64,000 nucleotides of DNA, taken from assembly GCA_964016885.1 (NCBI GenBank), contig OZ024740.1:13268001-13332000 (forward strand). Direction: 5' to 3'. The notes beneath the pieces are model-generated. The model saw only the letters and a program-made list of their open reading frames with translations, was not told where the DNA came from and made no database searches. Shown one piece after another: positions 38,664-53,330 of the stretch. The position numbers and the translations under genes were made by a program. Numbering within the stretch: the stretch's first letter is position 1; each line of letters begins with the position of its first letter. The DNA is from Eledone cirrhosa. Taxonomy: Eukaryota.

Positions 38664-40591
38664 TCACTGCTTGTGGCCTCCTCAGGAAGGATGTCCTTAT
38701 AAATCCTCCTGGAGAGTGCTTGTCGGAAGTCTCCGATGTCTTTGGGGAATTTTTGTTTTAGTGTCATGTACGTTTTCTGTGCGATGCGAGTGATTTGTAT
38801 GTGTAGAGGTGGTGTGAATTTTGAGGTTGTTGTGTAGTTTTTTTCTGTGATGCTGGTGTTGTGTTGGATGTAGTGTAATAATTGCTTGTTGTTCAAATTT
38901 AATGCTGTGTAGTGTGTATCGTTTTGGTTGTTTTGTTTTGTTTGCGTTTGTTGTGGGTTTGTTTCTGTTTCGCATTTTGGTGACTTTTGTGGTGTAGGTG
39001 ATGGTGGTGTTGGGGTTAATGATGGTGATGGTGTTTGGGTTGATGGGGTTGGTGATGCTGGTGTGGATGGTGGCATATCTGTCCTAACTTTTTTGTTTCT
39101 TAATTTATTTGTTTCCCTCTGTATTTTGTTTTTGGAGGGGGGAGGAAGAGAATTTTTTCTTTTTTGGTTTCTTTTTTTTTTCCGGATATCGTTTCCCACT
39201 CCTCGTCGTCACAATCTGTCTCCAGTTGTGATAGGCCGGGGAGTGGAAAATCCTCCACAGCCGTTAGTTTTGGTTGTGGCGTGGTGGATGGTGTAGGCGC
39301 TGGTGCTAGTTCTGAAGCGTTGGGTGGTGGTGGTGTTGGTTTTGCTGGTGGTGGTGGTGGTGTTGGTTTTGCTACTGTTGCTGGGGTTGTTGCTGTTATA
39401 GTTGCTTCTGTTGTTGCTGCTACAGTTGTTGCTGCCATCTCTGCTACTGGTGGTGTTGATGGTTGTGTCACTGGGGTGGGTAGGAGAGGTGGCCTCAACC
39501 TTTTAGCCTGAGGGCAGAAAGCCCTTAGGTGGGTTCCTTCACCACAAACGACACACCTAGGTCTTCTGCCCTCGACAATTACCGTGAGGTGGCTGCCGTC
39601 AGTGAGGTCTATTACCTCTGGGATCTCCTCAATGCTTTTTTGGTCCGCTTGGATCAGGAGCTCCATCCCAGATCCGGACCAGTTCTCCTGCTTTTCTTTT
39701 GCTATTGCTATTATTTTCGTGTTGGCTTCGATGCCGGCGAGGACAGCCGCTATTAGCCAGGGAATTTCGATGGCCGGTGGAACGTGGGTCACCCTAATCT
39801 TTACGAGTCTCTGGCCACAATAGCTTGGGACGAGTGTGAAGTCGTCACTTCTTAATGGGGCCGTGGAGTGTTCTCTAGCCTCCTCTGGTGTTTCAAAGAA
39901 CACGTCCACGGTTCCATACTTTTGCTCACGTCTGATGTGGGTTTTTCTTGCCCACACATGTCCCAAAGCTTTTTGGATTTGGGACTCGGATGCCCGTTCC
40001 ACTCGGCGCGATTTTACATTTATTGTTCTATACGACACGGTGTATAGGCGCCGATGCTCCATTTTATTAGGTGGGGTGGGGTGAGGCTGACCCTGTATCC
40101 ATCTTTCTTTACCATTTGTTTGGCATTTTCTAAATCCTCCTGAGTTACCGTAAATGCTTCGAACTGTTTTGCTACTCTGGCGAAACTGAGGGGGGGGGGG
40201 TTATAATGTCATTGTTGTTGTTGTTGCTATCGTTAATATTAATTTTAGTTTCAGTTGTGGTGGTGGTGACGTCAGTCGTCTTTGGTGGGGAAGAGTCCAT
40301 TTTGCTTGATTTCATTTCAACATCACGAGTTAATTTATTTTTTTCTTCTTTTGTTTCTGTTGTCGCGGTGGTGGTGGTGGTGGTGGTGGAGGCTTTAACA
40401 CCTGCAGTCATTGGTAATGGTGGGAAATGAATGTCTGCCTGAGACAAATTTAAAATATTGCTAGTGCTTATATTTTTTTTTGTGTTGGCAAACGTAGTAA
40501 CATTTACAATGGTGGTGTCGGTGTGAGGTGTTAATTTGTGAGGAAGGCTTTCAGCTGCTTCGTGCAAAGGTGAATTAGCCATTTTTTTCAA
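38664..40591 (-). pseudogene. ORF1: nucleic-acid-binding protein with CX2CX4HX4C knuckle, broken at homopolymer runs
   Basis: EGRRPRCVVCGEGTHLRAFCP in 39100..40062. Frame breaks near poly-G (~40190) and poly-T (~39175). Confidence 0.8.
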
Positions 40592-40791
40592 AGAAATTTT
40601 TTTGATAATAATAAAAGTTTAAATTTTGGGCACAAGGCCCCAATCTTTTTGGGTGTCCTTTTCGGAAAACAATGTATGTGCGCTTATAAACAGTTAACAA
40701 TAAAAATTTTCCATAAATGACAATTTTTAACAAACGGAAATAACAAACCTTTGCGGAGCTCACGATGATACGATTTACTACGTAGGTCGCC

Positions 40792-40840
<49 letters not shown>

Positions 40841-43535
40841 TGGAAGAAACGACTGAATAGTCAAATCAGGGAAATGAGAAATGAGATTGGAAAGCTTGAG
40901 TCCCTACTGAATAGGACACTAAAAAAGATAGACACTAAAAATAGACTGGAAATAAAGTACAAAACTAGGAGGAAAAGCTAAACATTATCATAGAGGGACT
41001 ACATTGTAGCAAAGAGTGCAAAAATTAGGCGATACGAGAGCAGAGTCAGTCAGTATAGACAGAACAGCATGTTTGACAACAACCAGAAGATGCTGTTTGG
41101 ACAGCTTGAAGGGAAAGAAAGAGGCAACGACTTCATCCCTGAGGCGGAACAAACTAAGACATCCTGGAGAGGAATATGGGAGCAGGATATTAAACATAAT
41201 GACCAGGCAGTGTGGATTGAGACAGTACAGAAGGAGATTAGTGAACAGGCACACCAACAAACTGATTTGAGTATCACAGTTGAAACTCTTAAGGGGCAGG
41301 CCAAAAAACTAACTAACTGGAAATCACCAGGCCCAGATGGTGTGCAGTGGTATTGGATTAAAAATATAACATCCCTCCACCCGAAACTGACAACCATGTT
41401 CAATGACTGCTTGATGTCAGGTGAGGTACCAGAGTGGTTGACAAAAGGTACCACAGTTCTGGTAATGAAAGACCGAATCAAGGGTAATGATGTTACCAAC
41501 TATAAACCTATCACATGTCTGTCCGTAATGTGGAAACTGTTGACAAGCATTATGTCTGAGGAAATCTACCATCACCTCCACACAAACAACTTGTTACCGG
41601 ACGAACAGAAAGGATGCCGAAAGAAATCCCGTGGTACAAAGGACCAGTTACTTATTGATAAGATGGTAATGAGGAATTGCAAGAGGAGACACACTGGTCT
41701 TGCCATGGGATGGATAGACTACAAAAAGGCATTTGACATGGTGCCTCATTCTTGGATCACCAAAAGCCTGGAGATCTTCAAGGTGGCAGATAACATCAGA
41801 CAGTTGTTGGGCAAAAGTATGAAGTCCTGGAAAACAGAGTTAACATCAGCTGGAGAATCCTTGGGAGGCGTGAAGATCAAGAGAGGTATCTTCCAGGGAG
41901 ATAGTCTGTCCCCTCTGTTGTTTGTCCTTGCCCTGATACTCCTGACCATTACACTGCGAAAAGTGAGAGCAGAATACAAGTTGGGAAAGGGAGAGCTTAC
42001 CATCAATCACCTCCTCTTCATGGACGATCTTAAGCTCTTCGGGAAGAGTGAGAATGAGTTGGATGTGCTTGTTGACACTGTCGGTATTTTCAGCAATGAT
42101 ATATGTATGCAATTTGGTATTACTAAGTGTGGAGTCCTTCTGATGAAGAGGGGTAAATTGAGCAGAAGCAACGGAATCCAGGTACCAACAGGTGAGATGA
42201 TAAAGGAAATTGACACTGAAGAAGGATACAAGTATTTGGGTGTTCTGGAGGCTAATGACATCAAGAACAAAAAAAAATGAAGGAATTGATAAGATCTGAA
42301 TACATTCGAAGAGTAAGGAGAGTATAAAAGTCACATCTGAACAGTAGGAATGTCATAAGTGGAGTAAATTCCCGAGCTGTGTCTATTATTAGGTATAGTG
42401 CGGGAAGTCTGAGATGGAATGTTGATGAACAAAAAGAAATGGATAGGAAAACTAGGAAGCTATTGACTATCTACAACATGTTCCACAAGAGGAGTGATGT
42501 CGATAGACTCTACTTAAGGAGATCTGAAGGTGAAAGAGGTCTTATCAGCATAGAGGACTGCGTTTAGATGGAGAAAAACAACCTACACAAATACGTGACT
42601 GATAGTAAGGAGCCAATGCTCAGAATTGTACTGAAGGAGAGGACAATAGACCAGGGGATGTCCAAGGAGGAAATAACAAGGAGGAAGAGCAGCCTTCATG
42701 AAAAATCCCTTCATAGTACCTTCTTTGAGAAAACTGAATTCAGAGATCCACAGACATGGAACTGGTTGAAAAGATGAGACCTTAAAAATGCTACAGAAGG
42801 AATGTTAATGGCTGCGCAAGAGCAGGCCCTCAAAACGAAGTGGTTGAAACACCATATTTACAAGGAGGAGGCTAACCCACTGTGTAGGATCTGTGGAGAG
42901 AGAGAGGAGACTGTGGCTCACATTGTTTCCGAGTGTAAACACCTAGCCCAGACTTACTATAAAGGCTGGAGACATGATGTGATGGGCAGGGTCATCCACT
43001 GGCACCTATGCAAAGTAAACAATTTACCACAATCTGAGAAGTGGTATGAGCATAAGCCAAGAGTCGGTGATAGAAAACGATCAGGTGAAGGTGCTGTGGG
43101 ATTTTAGGATACAGACGGACAAGAAACTGGAACACAATAGACTTGACCTGGTGGTTTTGGACAAGGAAAAAAGATTGTGCCTGATTGTAGATGTGGCCTG
43201 CCCATTTGACACGAGAGTGCAAGAGAAGGAGAGGGAGAAAATTAACCGATACCAGGACTTAAAGTGGGAGGTAAAAAGGATTTGGAACTGCCATGAAGTC
43301 AAAGTGGTCCCGATTGTCATAGGCGCACTAGGTACTATCTCAAAAAGTTTCCAGGGATGGTTAAAGAAAATTGGCCCCTTCACGCTTTTTGGAACACTTC
43401 AAAAGGCATGCTTGCTGGGAACAGCAAGAACCCTCCGATACGTCCTGAATATCTGAGGTTGCAGGTAGTGGCTTGATATTCATTTCAACAAACCTTCCAG
43501 TTAACTAACATCAATGACTGAGACCCAAAGAACAA
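40841..43535 (+). mobile_element. 5'-truncated Dong/R4-clade non-LTR retrotransposon, degraded, in (AAT)n
   Basis: [72 protein letters not shown]. Confidence 0.92.
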
Positions 43536-43548
43536 TAATAATAATAAT

Positions 43549-43723
43549 TGTTTCTACTTTAGGCACAAGGCCAGCAATTACCCAGTGCATTACTGTTACT
43601 TTATGTTATCGACCCCGTAAGGATGAAAGGCAAAGTCAATCTCGGCGGGATTTGAACTCTGATCGTAAAGGGACGTAACTATGCTGTAAAGCATGGCGTC
43701 CGACCCTCTACCGATACTGCCAA
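43549..43723 (-). mobile_element. SINE (2898 family)
   Basis: Reverse complement match to 2898-3070. Its tail merges with (AAT)n. Confidence 0.85.
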
Positions 43724-43770
43724 TCAATAATAAGTAATAATAAGTAATATAATATAATAATAATAATAGT

Positions 43771-45178
43771 AAGTGTGGAGTCCTTGGGATGAAGAGGGGG
43801 TAAATTGAGCAGAAGCAACGGAATCCAGGTACCAACAGGTGAGACGATAAAGGAAATTGATACTGAAGAAGGATACAAGTATTTGGGTGTTCTGGAGGCT
43901 GATGACATCAAGAACAAAAAGAATGAAGGAATTGATAAGATCTGAATACATTCGAAGAGTAAGGAGCGTATTAAAGTCGCATCTGAACAGTAGGAATGCC
44001 ATAAGTGGAGTAAATTACCGAGCTGTGTCTATTATTAGGTATAGTGCGGGAAGTCTGAGATGGAATGTTGATGAACAAAAAGAAATGGATAGGAAGACTA
44101 GGAAGCTATTGACTATCTACAACATGTTCCACAAGAGGAGTGATGTCGATAGACTCTACTTAAGGAGATCTGAAGTGGAAGAGGTCTTATCAGCATAGAG
44201 GACTGTGTTTAGATGGAGAAAAACAGCCTACACAAATACGTAACTGATAGTAAGGAGCCAATGCTCAGAATTGTACTGAAGGAGAGGACAATAGACCAGG
44301 GGATGTCCAAGGAGGAAATAACAACGAGGAGGAAGAGCAACCTTCATGAAAAATCCCTTCATAGTACCTTCTTTGAGAAAACGGATTTCAGAGATCCACA
44401 GGCATGGAACTGGTTGAGAAGAGGAGTCCTTAAAAAGGCTACAGAAGGAATGCTAATGGCTGCGCAAGAGCAGGCCCTCAAAACGAAGTGGCTGAAACAC
44501 CATATTTACAAGGAGGAGGCTAGCCCACTGTGCAGGATCTGTGGAGTGAGAGCGGAGACTGTTTGCTCACATTGTATCCGAGTGTAAACACCTAGCCCAG
44601 ACTTACTATAAAGGCTGGAGACATGATGTGATGGGCAGGGTCATCCACTGGCACCTATGCAAAGTAAACAATTTACCACATTCTGAGAAGTGGTATGAGC
44701 ATAAGCCAAGAGTCAGTGATAGAAAACGATCAGGTGAAGGTGCTGTGGGATTTTAGGATACAGGCGGACAAGAAACTGGAAGACAATAGACCTGACCTGG
44801 TGGTTTTGGACAAGGAAAAAAGATCGTGCCTGATTGTGGATGTGGCCTGCCCATTCGACACGAGAGTGCAAGAGAAGGAGAGGGAGAAAATTAACCGATA
44901 CCAGGACTTAAAGTGGGAGGTAAAAAGGATTTGGAACTGCCATGAAGTGAAAGTGGTCCCGATTGTCATAGGCGCACTAGGTACTATCTCAAAAAGTTTC
45001 CAGGAATGGTTAAAGAAAATTGGCCCCGCCCCGCTTTTTGGAACACTTCAAAAGGCATGCTTGCTGGGAACAGCAAGAACCCTCCGATACGTCCTGAATA
45101 TCTGAGGCTGCAGGTAGTGGCTTGATATTCATTTCAACAAACTTTCTAGTTAAATAACATCAATGACTGAGACTCAAA

Positions 45179-45180
<2 letters not shown>
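43771..45180 (+). mobile_element. Second, shorter Dong/R4 copy in (AAT)n
   Basis: Highly similar to 42125-43535, with an intact RPDLVV..DVACP nuclease motif. Confidence 0.92.
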
Positions 45181-45211
<31 letters not shown>

Positions 45212-45212
<1 letters not shown>

Positions 45213-45389
45213 TGTTTCTACTTTAGGCACAAGGCCAGCAATCACCCAGTGCATTACTGGTACTTTATTTTATCGACCCTGTAAGGATGAAAGACAAAGT
45301 TAACCTCGGCGAGATTTGAACACAGAATGGCAAGGGCCGTAACTCTATGCGTGAAAGCATGGTGTCCGACACTCTACCGATACTGCCAA
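45212..45389 (-). mobile_element. SINE (2898 family)
   Basis: Reverse complement match to 2898-3070. Confidence 0.85.
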
Positions 45390-48300
45390 AATGATTTCTT
45401 TATTGGCCACAAGGGCTGAAATTAAGAAAAACATTACAGACGACACAGGACGGTACAGGACGGTACGATGTGGGTTTTGTGCGTGCAAATATTTTTATTA
45501 TTTATATAAGAAAAGAAAAAAAAGACATAGAAACATATTTAAATATAAACAATAAAAATGAAAATTGAAACAATGAAAAATTCCCCAATAGGGGGGAACC
45601 TCCGATGGTTACTCGTGGCGAAAACCACACAAAAGACCACGGCCACCCTGACCACCAGGGCAAGCGCCCTCTCTCAATTTGTCCATTTCTCAAACTACAG
45701 ACGTATATTCAGAGCGGTCCCGTTCACTTGGACCATTCTCGCTACATTCACCCACCTTTCAACAAACTTGCTAGAAGGCAGCACTTGCCTCTCCACCCTG
45801 ATTTTCCTCTTCAAGGGAAACTTGAAAAAGTTAATTAGGGATTCGCCGAAGAGGAAAGTGTCTGTCTTTAACCCTTTCAACCTTGTCCACCACACAATCT
45901 CTTTCGCCATGGCGACCAGGCAGATGAAAACCGCCTGCCCTTCCTCCTTCAAGGAAGACAACGAGACCATCTGCACAATGGACTCAGTCGATAACCGGAT
46001 CAGTCCTACACGCGACAGCAACTGTTTGACATAGCTCCACAAGTCAGCAATGCTCGGGCACTGAACGAGTGCGTGCGCGACGGTTTCGTCGCTCAACGCG
46101 TATCTCGGACAGGCTCGGCTGACGGCACTTCCGTGCCTGTAGAGCTTATCTCGAACCGGCAACGCTCCCCGGCAGCACTGCCAGGCCAGGGATTTTTGGA
46201 AGTTATCCATAGGCCCCGGTCTGAAAGTTCTCCGGAAGAGAGCAAACAGCTGATCTACTTCGACGCCCAGGATCTCTCCGAGAACGTCGTCGCTCTTCCC
46301 CTCCACTAGTCCGATGTTCCACCTATACTGGTGCCCAACTGGCTGAGGGTAGTGAGCGCCTGGAGACATTCCAGTTTCCAAGTGCTATCCCTCGGTCTTT
46401 TCCTGACCCAGGACTGCAGCTCCGTCAAGGAAACGAGCTGTGGGAAAACGTGCCTGGCGAACGGCGAACACACCTGTTCACCGTCAAGGAAGCACCAGAG
46501 ATGTCGCAGCCTCAGCGCATGTTTGCGCATCATCAGCCATGGCATGCTCAGTCCTCCACGCAACGGGTGTTGACAGCAGATGGATCGTCTGACCATGGGA
46601 GCGCGTCCCTCCCACAAAAAGCGGAAGAGGAGGCGCTCCATTTTGGTGAGAGTTTGACCGGGCAAGGGACAACGGTGAGGCGGTAGAAGATGACGGATGC
46701 GATGTACGCATTCGCCACCTCCGCCCGGCCTTTCAGGGACAACTTCCTCTCGGCCCATTTCTGGGTGAGGGAGGCCACCTTACTCGTCACCTCGCTCCAG
46801 TTCTTCTCCATCTGGAGGTCCGGTCCGAACCAGACCCTGAGCAATTTAACCGGTCCGTCCGTCCAACGCCCCACGACGTTGTCGGACGTCATGGACTTGC
46901 CTCTCCAGTTGCCGAGCTGCAAGTCCACCGACGTTTCCTGGTGTATATTTGCTCCTGTCACCGCTTCGTATTCCTTAAGAGCGGTGCCGAGCATCTGGAC
47001 GTGTCTGGACGGATTTCCCGCATTCTAGTTCCCGTGGGACGCTCCTCATCGCCCCCAGTTTGTGCAGTAACGGCTCGAGAGCCAATACGTACAAGAGGCA
47101 CGACAGGGAACAACCCTGGCGGACCGAGCGCATGATGCCGAACGGCTGCGACAGGTGACCATTCATCCTCACACCTAAGCAGATGTCGCTGTACATCGCA
47201 GCGATCCAACCCCTGAAAACGGGCTCGAAACCGGCTGCCTCGAGGACCGCTGCCAGGTACAGATGGTCGACCCTATCGGATGCTTTGGATTGACCCAAGT
47301 TGATCAGGGCCCCACCCGTGCCAGATTCCTTAACTACCCTCTCTATGATGTATCGCATGAGGTGGAGTTTGTCGTGTATGGATCTGTCCGGAATGGCGCA
47401 TGTCTGCGCCTCTCCCACCAGACCCATGAAAAGCGTCAACCTCGTTGCTAACACCTTGGCCAAAATCTTGAACTCTGCGTTTAGTAGGGTTATGGGCCTG
47501 AAGTTGTCTATAACGCCACCGCTCCCTGGCTTACAAAACTAGGAATGCTCCGTTCTGTTGCCAGTTGCAGCAGACATCTGCCAAGAGGTCACCGAACAAG
47601 TCTGGCATAAATGCATAAAGCTCGTAGGGCAGACCATCCAAACCTGGCGATTTACCCCTCGTGCAGTTAGCCATCGCTTCCCGTATTTCACCGGCTGTTA
47701 TTGGCTTTTCGCAACACTGTGCTCCGGTCGTCGAGAGCCGAGCCAGTCCGTCGAGGTATGCACTGAAGTTCATACCCCGATCCGGCCCGCCGCTGCTCCC
47801 GAACAGTTCAGCAAAGTGCTGCTGAAAAGCTTCACACATCTGCTCGGGTTCGAGCGACACGTGTCCGTTTTGGTCAGATAAAGACTGAATTGTGGCTTTG
47901 TTGTCACGTAGCGTCTTTGCCACCCGGCCCCATTGGACGGCTTTTGTCCCCTCGTGTTTCAGAGCACGCGCTCTAGCTCTGACAACGCAGCCTTCGTGTT
48001 TTGCGTTGAAGAATTGGTCGAGTGCCAATCTCGCCGCAAGCACGTCGGTTGCGATGCCTGTCCTAAACGCCTCTTCTAGCTTTCTGACTAGCTCTCCCTC
48101 TACTCTATTTTCCTCTATCACTAGTCCTTTGCTAAACCTAATCGACCCTACTTTAATTGCCCTTTTCAGGGCGAACCACCACCTGTTGTTGACGACCGCT
48201 CTCGTCAACGCCCGCTTAACTAATACGCTAAATACGCTAATCCGGTCTCTGTAGGCTTTGCGCGCCGGGAAAGACGCGTTCAGCTTCCAGTAACCGGGTC

Positions 48301-49290
48301 CTTGTCTATGAAGTCTGTCTATGTAGATCTCACAGATCACAAATTTGTGGTCTGTGTAGTTGACTATTTTAAATGGTAGACAACTTATACTAGCCTTATC
48401 TAGTTCTCTGCAGAATACCCTATCGAGATACGATCTGCATGACCCGATGCGGTTTGTCCATGTCCACATTGGCACATTTGGGTGATCCAGTCGATACCTG
48501 TCAGACAGTTCAAAACGTCTGAGCAGGTTGGTGAGGCTCTTGCACCCACTCCCCTATCCACTAACCCCACACAATCCCAGCGTGCATCCAAGATACCGTT
48601 CCAGTCGCCCACTAACACTAAAGAGCGGGGCGTTCCAAGAAATGTCTCTAGACGTCTGAAGAAATCTTGCCGTCCTGCCGCTGTTGGGACGTAGACGGCT
48701 ACTAGCCTGAAAGCATTGCCTTCACTGCCGGTCACGTCCAGCACCACCGACTTACCTTCTAGATCCAGGAAGATGGCCCGTATGGCGAGATCCAAGCCTC
48801 TTCGAAAAAGCACGGCAACCCCTCTCACCGATGCTGGACGGCTGGGAGATGCGTATATATCGTAGCCACCGAAGATCGGTGCAAAGGCTCGTGCTTCGGA
48901 GATTCTGGTCTCGCTGATGACCACCACATCTAAGTTTACTGACCTGAGGTCGTTGCGCAGGTGACCCTGCTTCCAAGATGATCCCAGACCACGTACATTT
49001 ATACTGCCTATTCTAAGTACGGCGATGGTGGACAGGGTGAGTGAGAAAGGATCACTTACATTGATCGTGTGGTGAAGGGACAGTAGAACCCTCCCTTTGG
49101 CTGGTCATGGGTGTTTCGAATGTCGGCGTATATCCTCTTGGTAACCGACCCACTGAAGTCTCCAACTGCGTTGGGGAATTTTTGTTTTAAAAGTTTGTAA
49201 TGTTCTATTTTGATTTCAATGATGGTTATGTTTTTCGGGAGAGTTCTTGGTGTTGGTGGGGTGTAGTAGCTTTTTTCTGTAATGTCTATG
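45390..49290 (-). mobile_element. Degraded L1/Tx1 copy (ORF2 and end of ORF1)
   Basis: Fragmented ORFs collinear with 35209-38760. Confidence 0.9.
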
Positions 49291-49966
49291 ATCAAACTCA
49301 CTTCCGGAAATTAAACCGTTAGAAGAATCACTCTACAGCAACTCGAAGCTCGGATAACAATATAATAGGACCGGTGTACAATCCATGGCTGTGACTGATT
49401 AAAAACATTCACTAAAATAAAACATAGCGAATGTGATGGAAAAGATAGCAATAACATTGATACTCTCAACACATACACATTTAACATTACAGAAACGACC
49501 GTCATACTACATCCACCATAAACCCATAGTTTTAATACAAAAACAGCTTTGCCTGCCTGATATGCTCGTAAACATTTGTTATTTTATGTGATACCTTTGC
49601 CTTGCAGAAATTATATATGCCTAGTACCATTGCCTGTTTCCTTCCTGTATATGCCTAATGCATTTACACTCTATACGCTTGCATATGTACTGCTAGTCCC
49701 CTCGTTTTACGAGTAAGTTTCTACCTTAATGCCTCTTTAATTGTTATACTATTCCCTTGTAATCTCTGTCGCATGCATTCCACTCTGTGCCTTTTTAATT
49801 TTAATTTTTAATTTTTAATTTTAATTATTGTACAATTCTCTTGAAATCTATGTCGCATCCATTCCACTCTGTAGATACGAAACTGTTGTTGACAAAATTA
49901 ATATCCATGTATCTATATGATTGTTCAGTTGAATAGGAGGTTAATTATATGCACACACATTGCTAG

Positions 49967-50013
49967 TGCTCCGATGATTCCAAACGATAGTTTGGAAGAA
50001 ACGATTGTCAGCA
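49967..50013 (+). ncRNA. Hammerhead with U4C core (CCGAUGA)
   Basis: TGCT-CCGATGA-TTCCAAAC GATA GTTTGGAA-GAAAC-GATT-GTC-AGCA, followed by AATAAA. Probably the 3' end of an old PLE (49295-50160). Confidence 0.7.
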
Positions 50014-50159
50014 ATAAAATGATTTGAACATAGCTTTGATTATTGTGTAATTTATATTCCGGCTCTGTAAAACATCTGATTTTTCTTACTGGTAATAAGG
50101 TAGTAATAAATTACTGACCTTTCCTGTTTATAGTTGTATATAGTGTATACATAACTATA

Positions 50160-50198
<39 letters not shown>

Positions 50199-50294
50199 AC
50201 GCTATAGTCACATATATGTTATGGAATACTGTTAGCTTCTCGCTACAACAATTTCTATACTTTTCATTTATATATATATATATATATATGTATA

Positions 50295-51318
<1,024 letters not shown>

Positions 51319-51379
51319 ATATATATATAGAATCTTACTTTACTCCCCTTTTCAAATATATATATATATATATATATGT

Positions 51380-51470
<91 letters not shown>

Positions 51471-51955
51471 AAAATGGCGTGCTGCGTTGTTGCGAATATG
51501 AACATATGAATGAAAATAGACCGAAAAACATGAATGTCCATCATCAGTAGTCTGCTGATATCATTGGTATTTCTTCGCATTAAAGATTAGGTACCTAAAA
51601 TCAGTGCTAGCGATAACTGAATTAAGTTATCGGGACAGAGGAAAGGAAACAAACAACATGGTGGTAATGCAACGCAAAGAGACGAAAAGAGAGAGACAAG
51701 TCAATGAATCTTGTGGACTTAAGTCCGAACACATCAAATGACGAGAAGAGGCAGACACGTCCGAGCCTCGCGAAAAGTGAAAGAGGAAAGAATTTCACAC
51801 AGGTCAGACGGGAGGAAGTGAGAGAGGGGGAGTAGCAGAGAGTGAGTGAAAGTGTGAGGAGGAGGCCAGCCGATATATATATATATATATATATATATAA
51901 ATGTAAGTATGTATGTATACGTACATACATATATGTATACAGACGTACAGTAGCA

Positions 51956-52021
<66 letters not shown>

Positions 52022-52177
52022 TACATACAGGTACACATACATATATGCACGCATCAGTTTAGCGGACGCTTATTATAACGCCGCTTTGTTCGTTTGTAAA
52101 CAAACTGAACGGCCTGAATTTATGCCATACGGTGTTAAGGCAACCACGTCACCTTTTTGTTCAACACTGACACAGGA

Positions 52178-52220
52178 ACGATGTACTAGTTTCAAGCTTG
52201 TTAGCTATCATCAGCACCGT
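52178..52220 (-). ncRNA. Canonical minimal type I hammerhead ribozyme
   Basis: Mirror of 52347-52389. Confidence 0.88.
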
Positions 52221-52346
52221 ATACCCATCTGCCAGATAGTTGAACGTTCGAAAGTATATACTTTCCTTATGAAAATTAACGGCTGAGCAGTCTAATTTGC
52301 ATATTGAGTGAGTTAAATCGGTCAGGCATATCTGGCAGATGGGTAT

Positions 52347-52389
52347 ACGGTGCTGATGATAGCTAACAAGCTTGAAACTAGTACATCGT
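52347..52389 (+). ncRNA. Canonical minimal type I hammerhead ribozyme
   Basis: ACGGTG-CTGATGA-TAGC TAACAA GCTT-GAAAC-TA-GTA-CATCGT, with palindromic ACTAGT at stem/loop III. Confidence 0.88.
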
Positions 52390-52551
52390 TCCTGTGTCAG
52401 TGTTGAACAAAAAGGTGACGTGGTTGCCTTAACACCGTATGGCATAAATTCAGGCCGTTCAGTTTGTTTACAAACGAACAAAGCGGCGTTATAATAAGCG
52501 TCCGCTAAACTGATGCGTGCATATATGTATGTGTACCTGTATGTATATATG

Positions 52552-52584
<33 letters not shown>

Positions 52585-52702
52585 GCATGCTACTGTACGT
52601 CTGTATACATATATGTATGTACGTATACATACATACCTACATTTAAGTAAGTGCCATACTAAGAGTGAGAAATGAAATTTCGTTTTCATTTTTTTTCAAC
52701 TT

Positions 52703-52741
<39 letters not shown>

Positions 52742-53124
52742 AAAAGGGGAGTAAGGTTCTATAAAAAAATAAGGGTTATAGAGAAAAGGGGAATTGGAAA
52801 TAGCACGGAAATATATATTTAGGGTCTGTTTTTCTTTTTTTCTTCTTTGATTCGTCAAAGTGATATTATTGGAAAAATGAGAGGAACAATTCTTTTAAAA
52901 AGGAGTTTTATAATGTATATAAAGTATATAAAAAAATAACCGGTTTCTATGTATCAGTAAAATCCATTTTATCAAATGTTGAATATTACAATTAAAAAGA
53001 ATTAATAAGAGTTAAAAATCAAAGATTTAAAATTAAGTGTTGAGGCAGGTTTGTCCCTCTTTCTTGTTGAGAAGAAGACTGGATCTAAAATGGAATCATA
53101 TATATATAGAAAGAGAGGTCATCA

Positions 53125-53173
<49 letters not shown>

Positions 53174-53269
53174 TTATTTTTTCACACAGAACAAAATTAT
53201 TTTTAGGGAGAGGGAAATTTCTGTAAATATGTGTGTGTATCTCAATTGTGTTAATGGACTGGTCAAGAG

Positions 53270-53327
<58 letters not shown>

Positions 53328-53330
<3 letters not shown>

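Larger units (their letters stand above)
34966..40791 (-). mobile_element. Near full-length L1/Tx1-clade non-LTR retrotransposon flanked on both sides by (AAT)n
   Basis: ORF1 with zinc knuckle, ORF2 with APE, RT and zinc finger. (AAT)n tracts at 34919-34965 and 40792-40840. Confidence 0.93.
51898..52705. mobile_element. Young non-coding inverted-repeat element with a hammerhead in each arm, in (TA)n
   Basis: ~51898-52238 is the near-perfect reverse complement of ~52329-52645, followed by a tail to ~52705. Confidence 0.85.
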
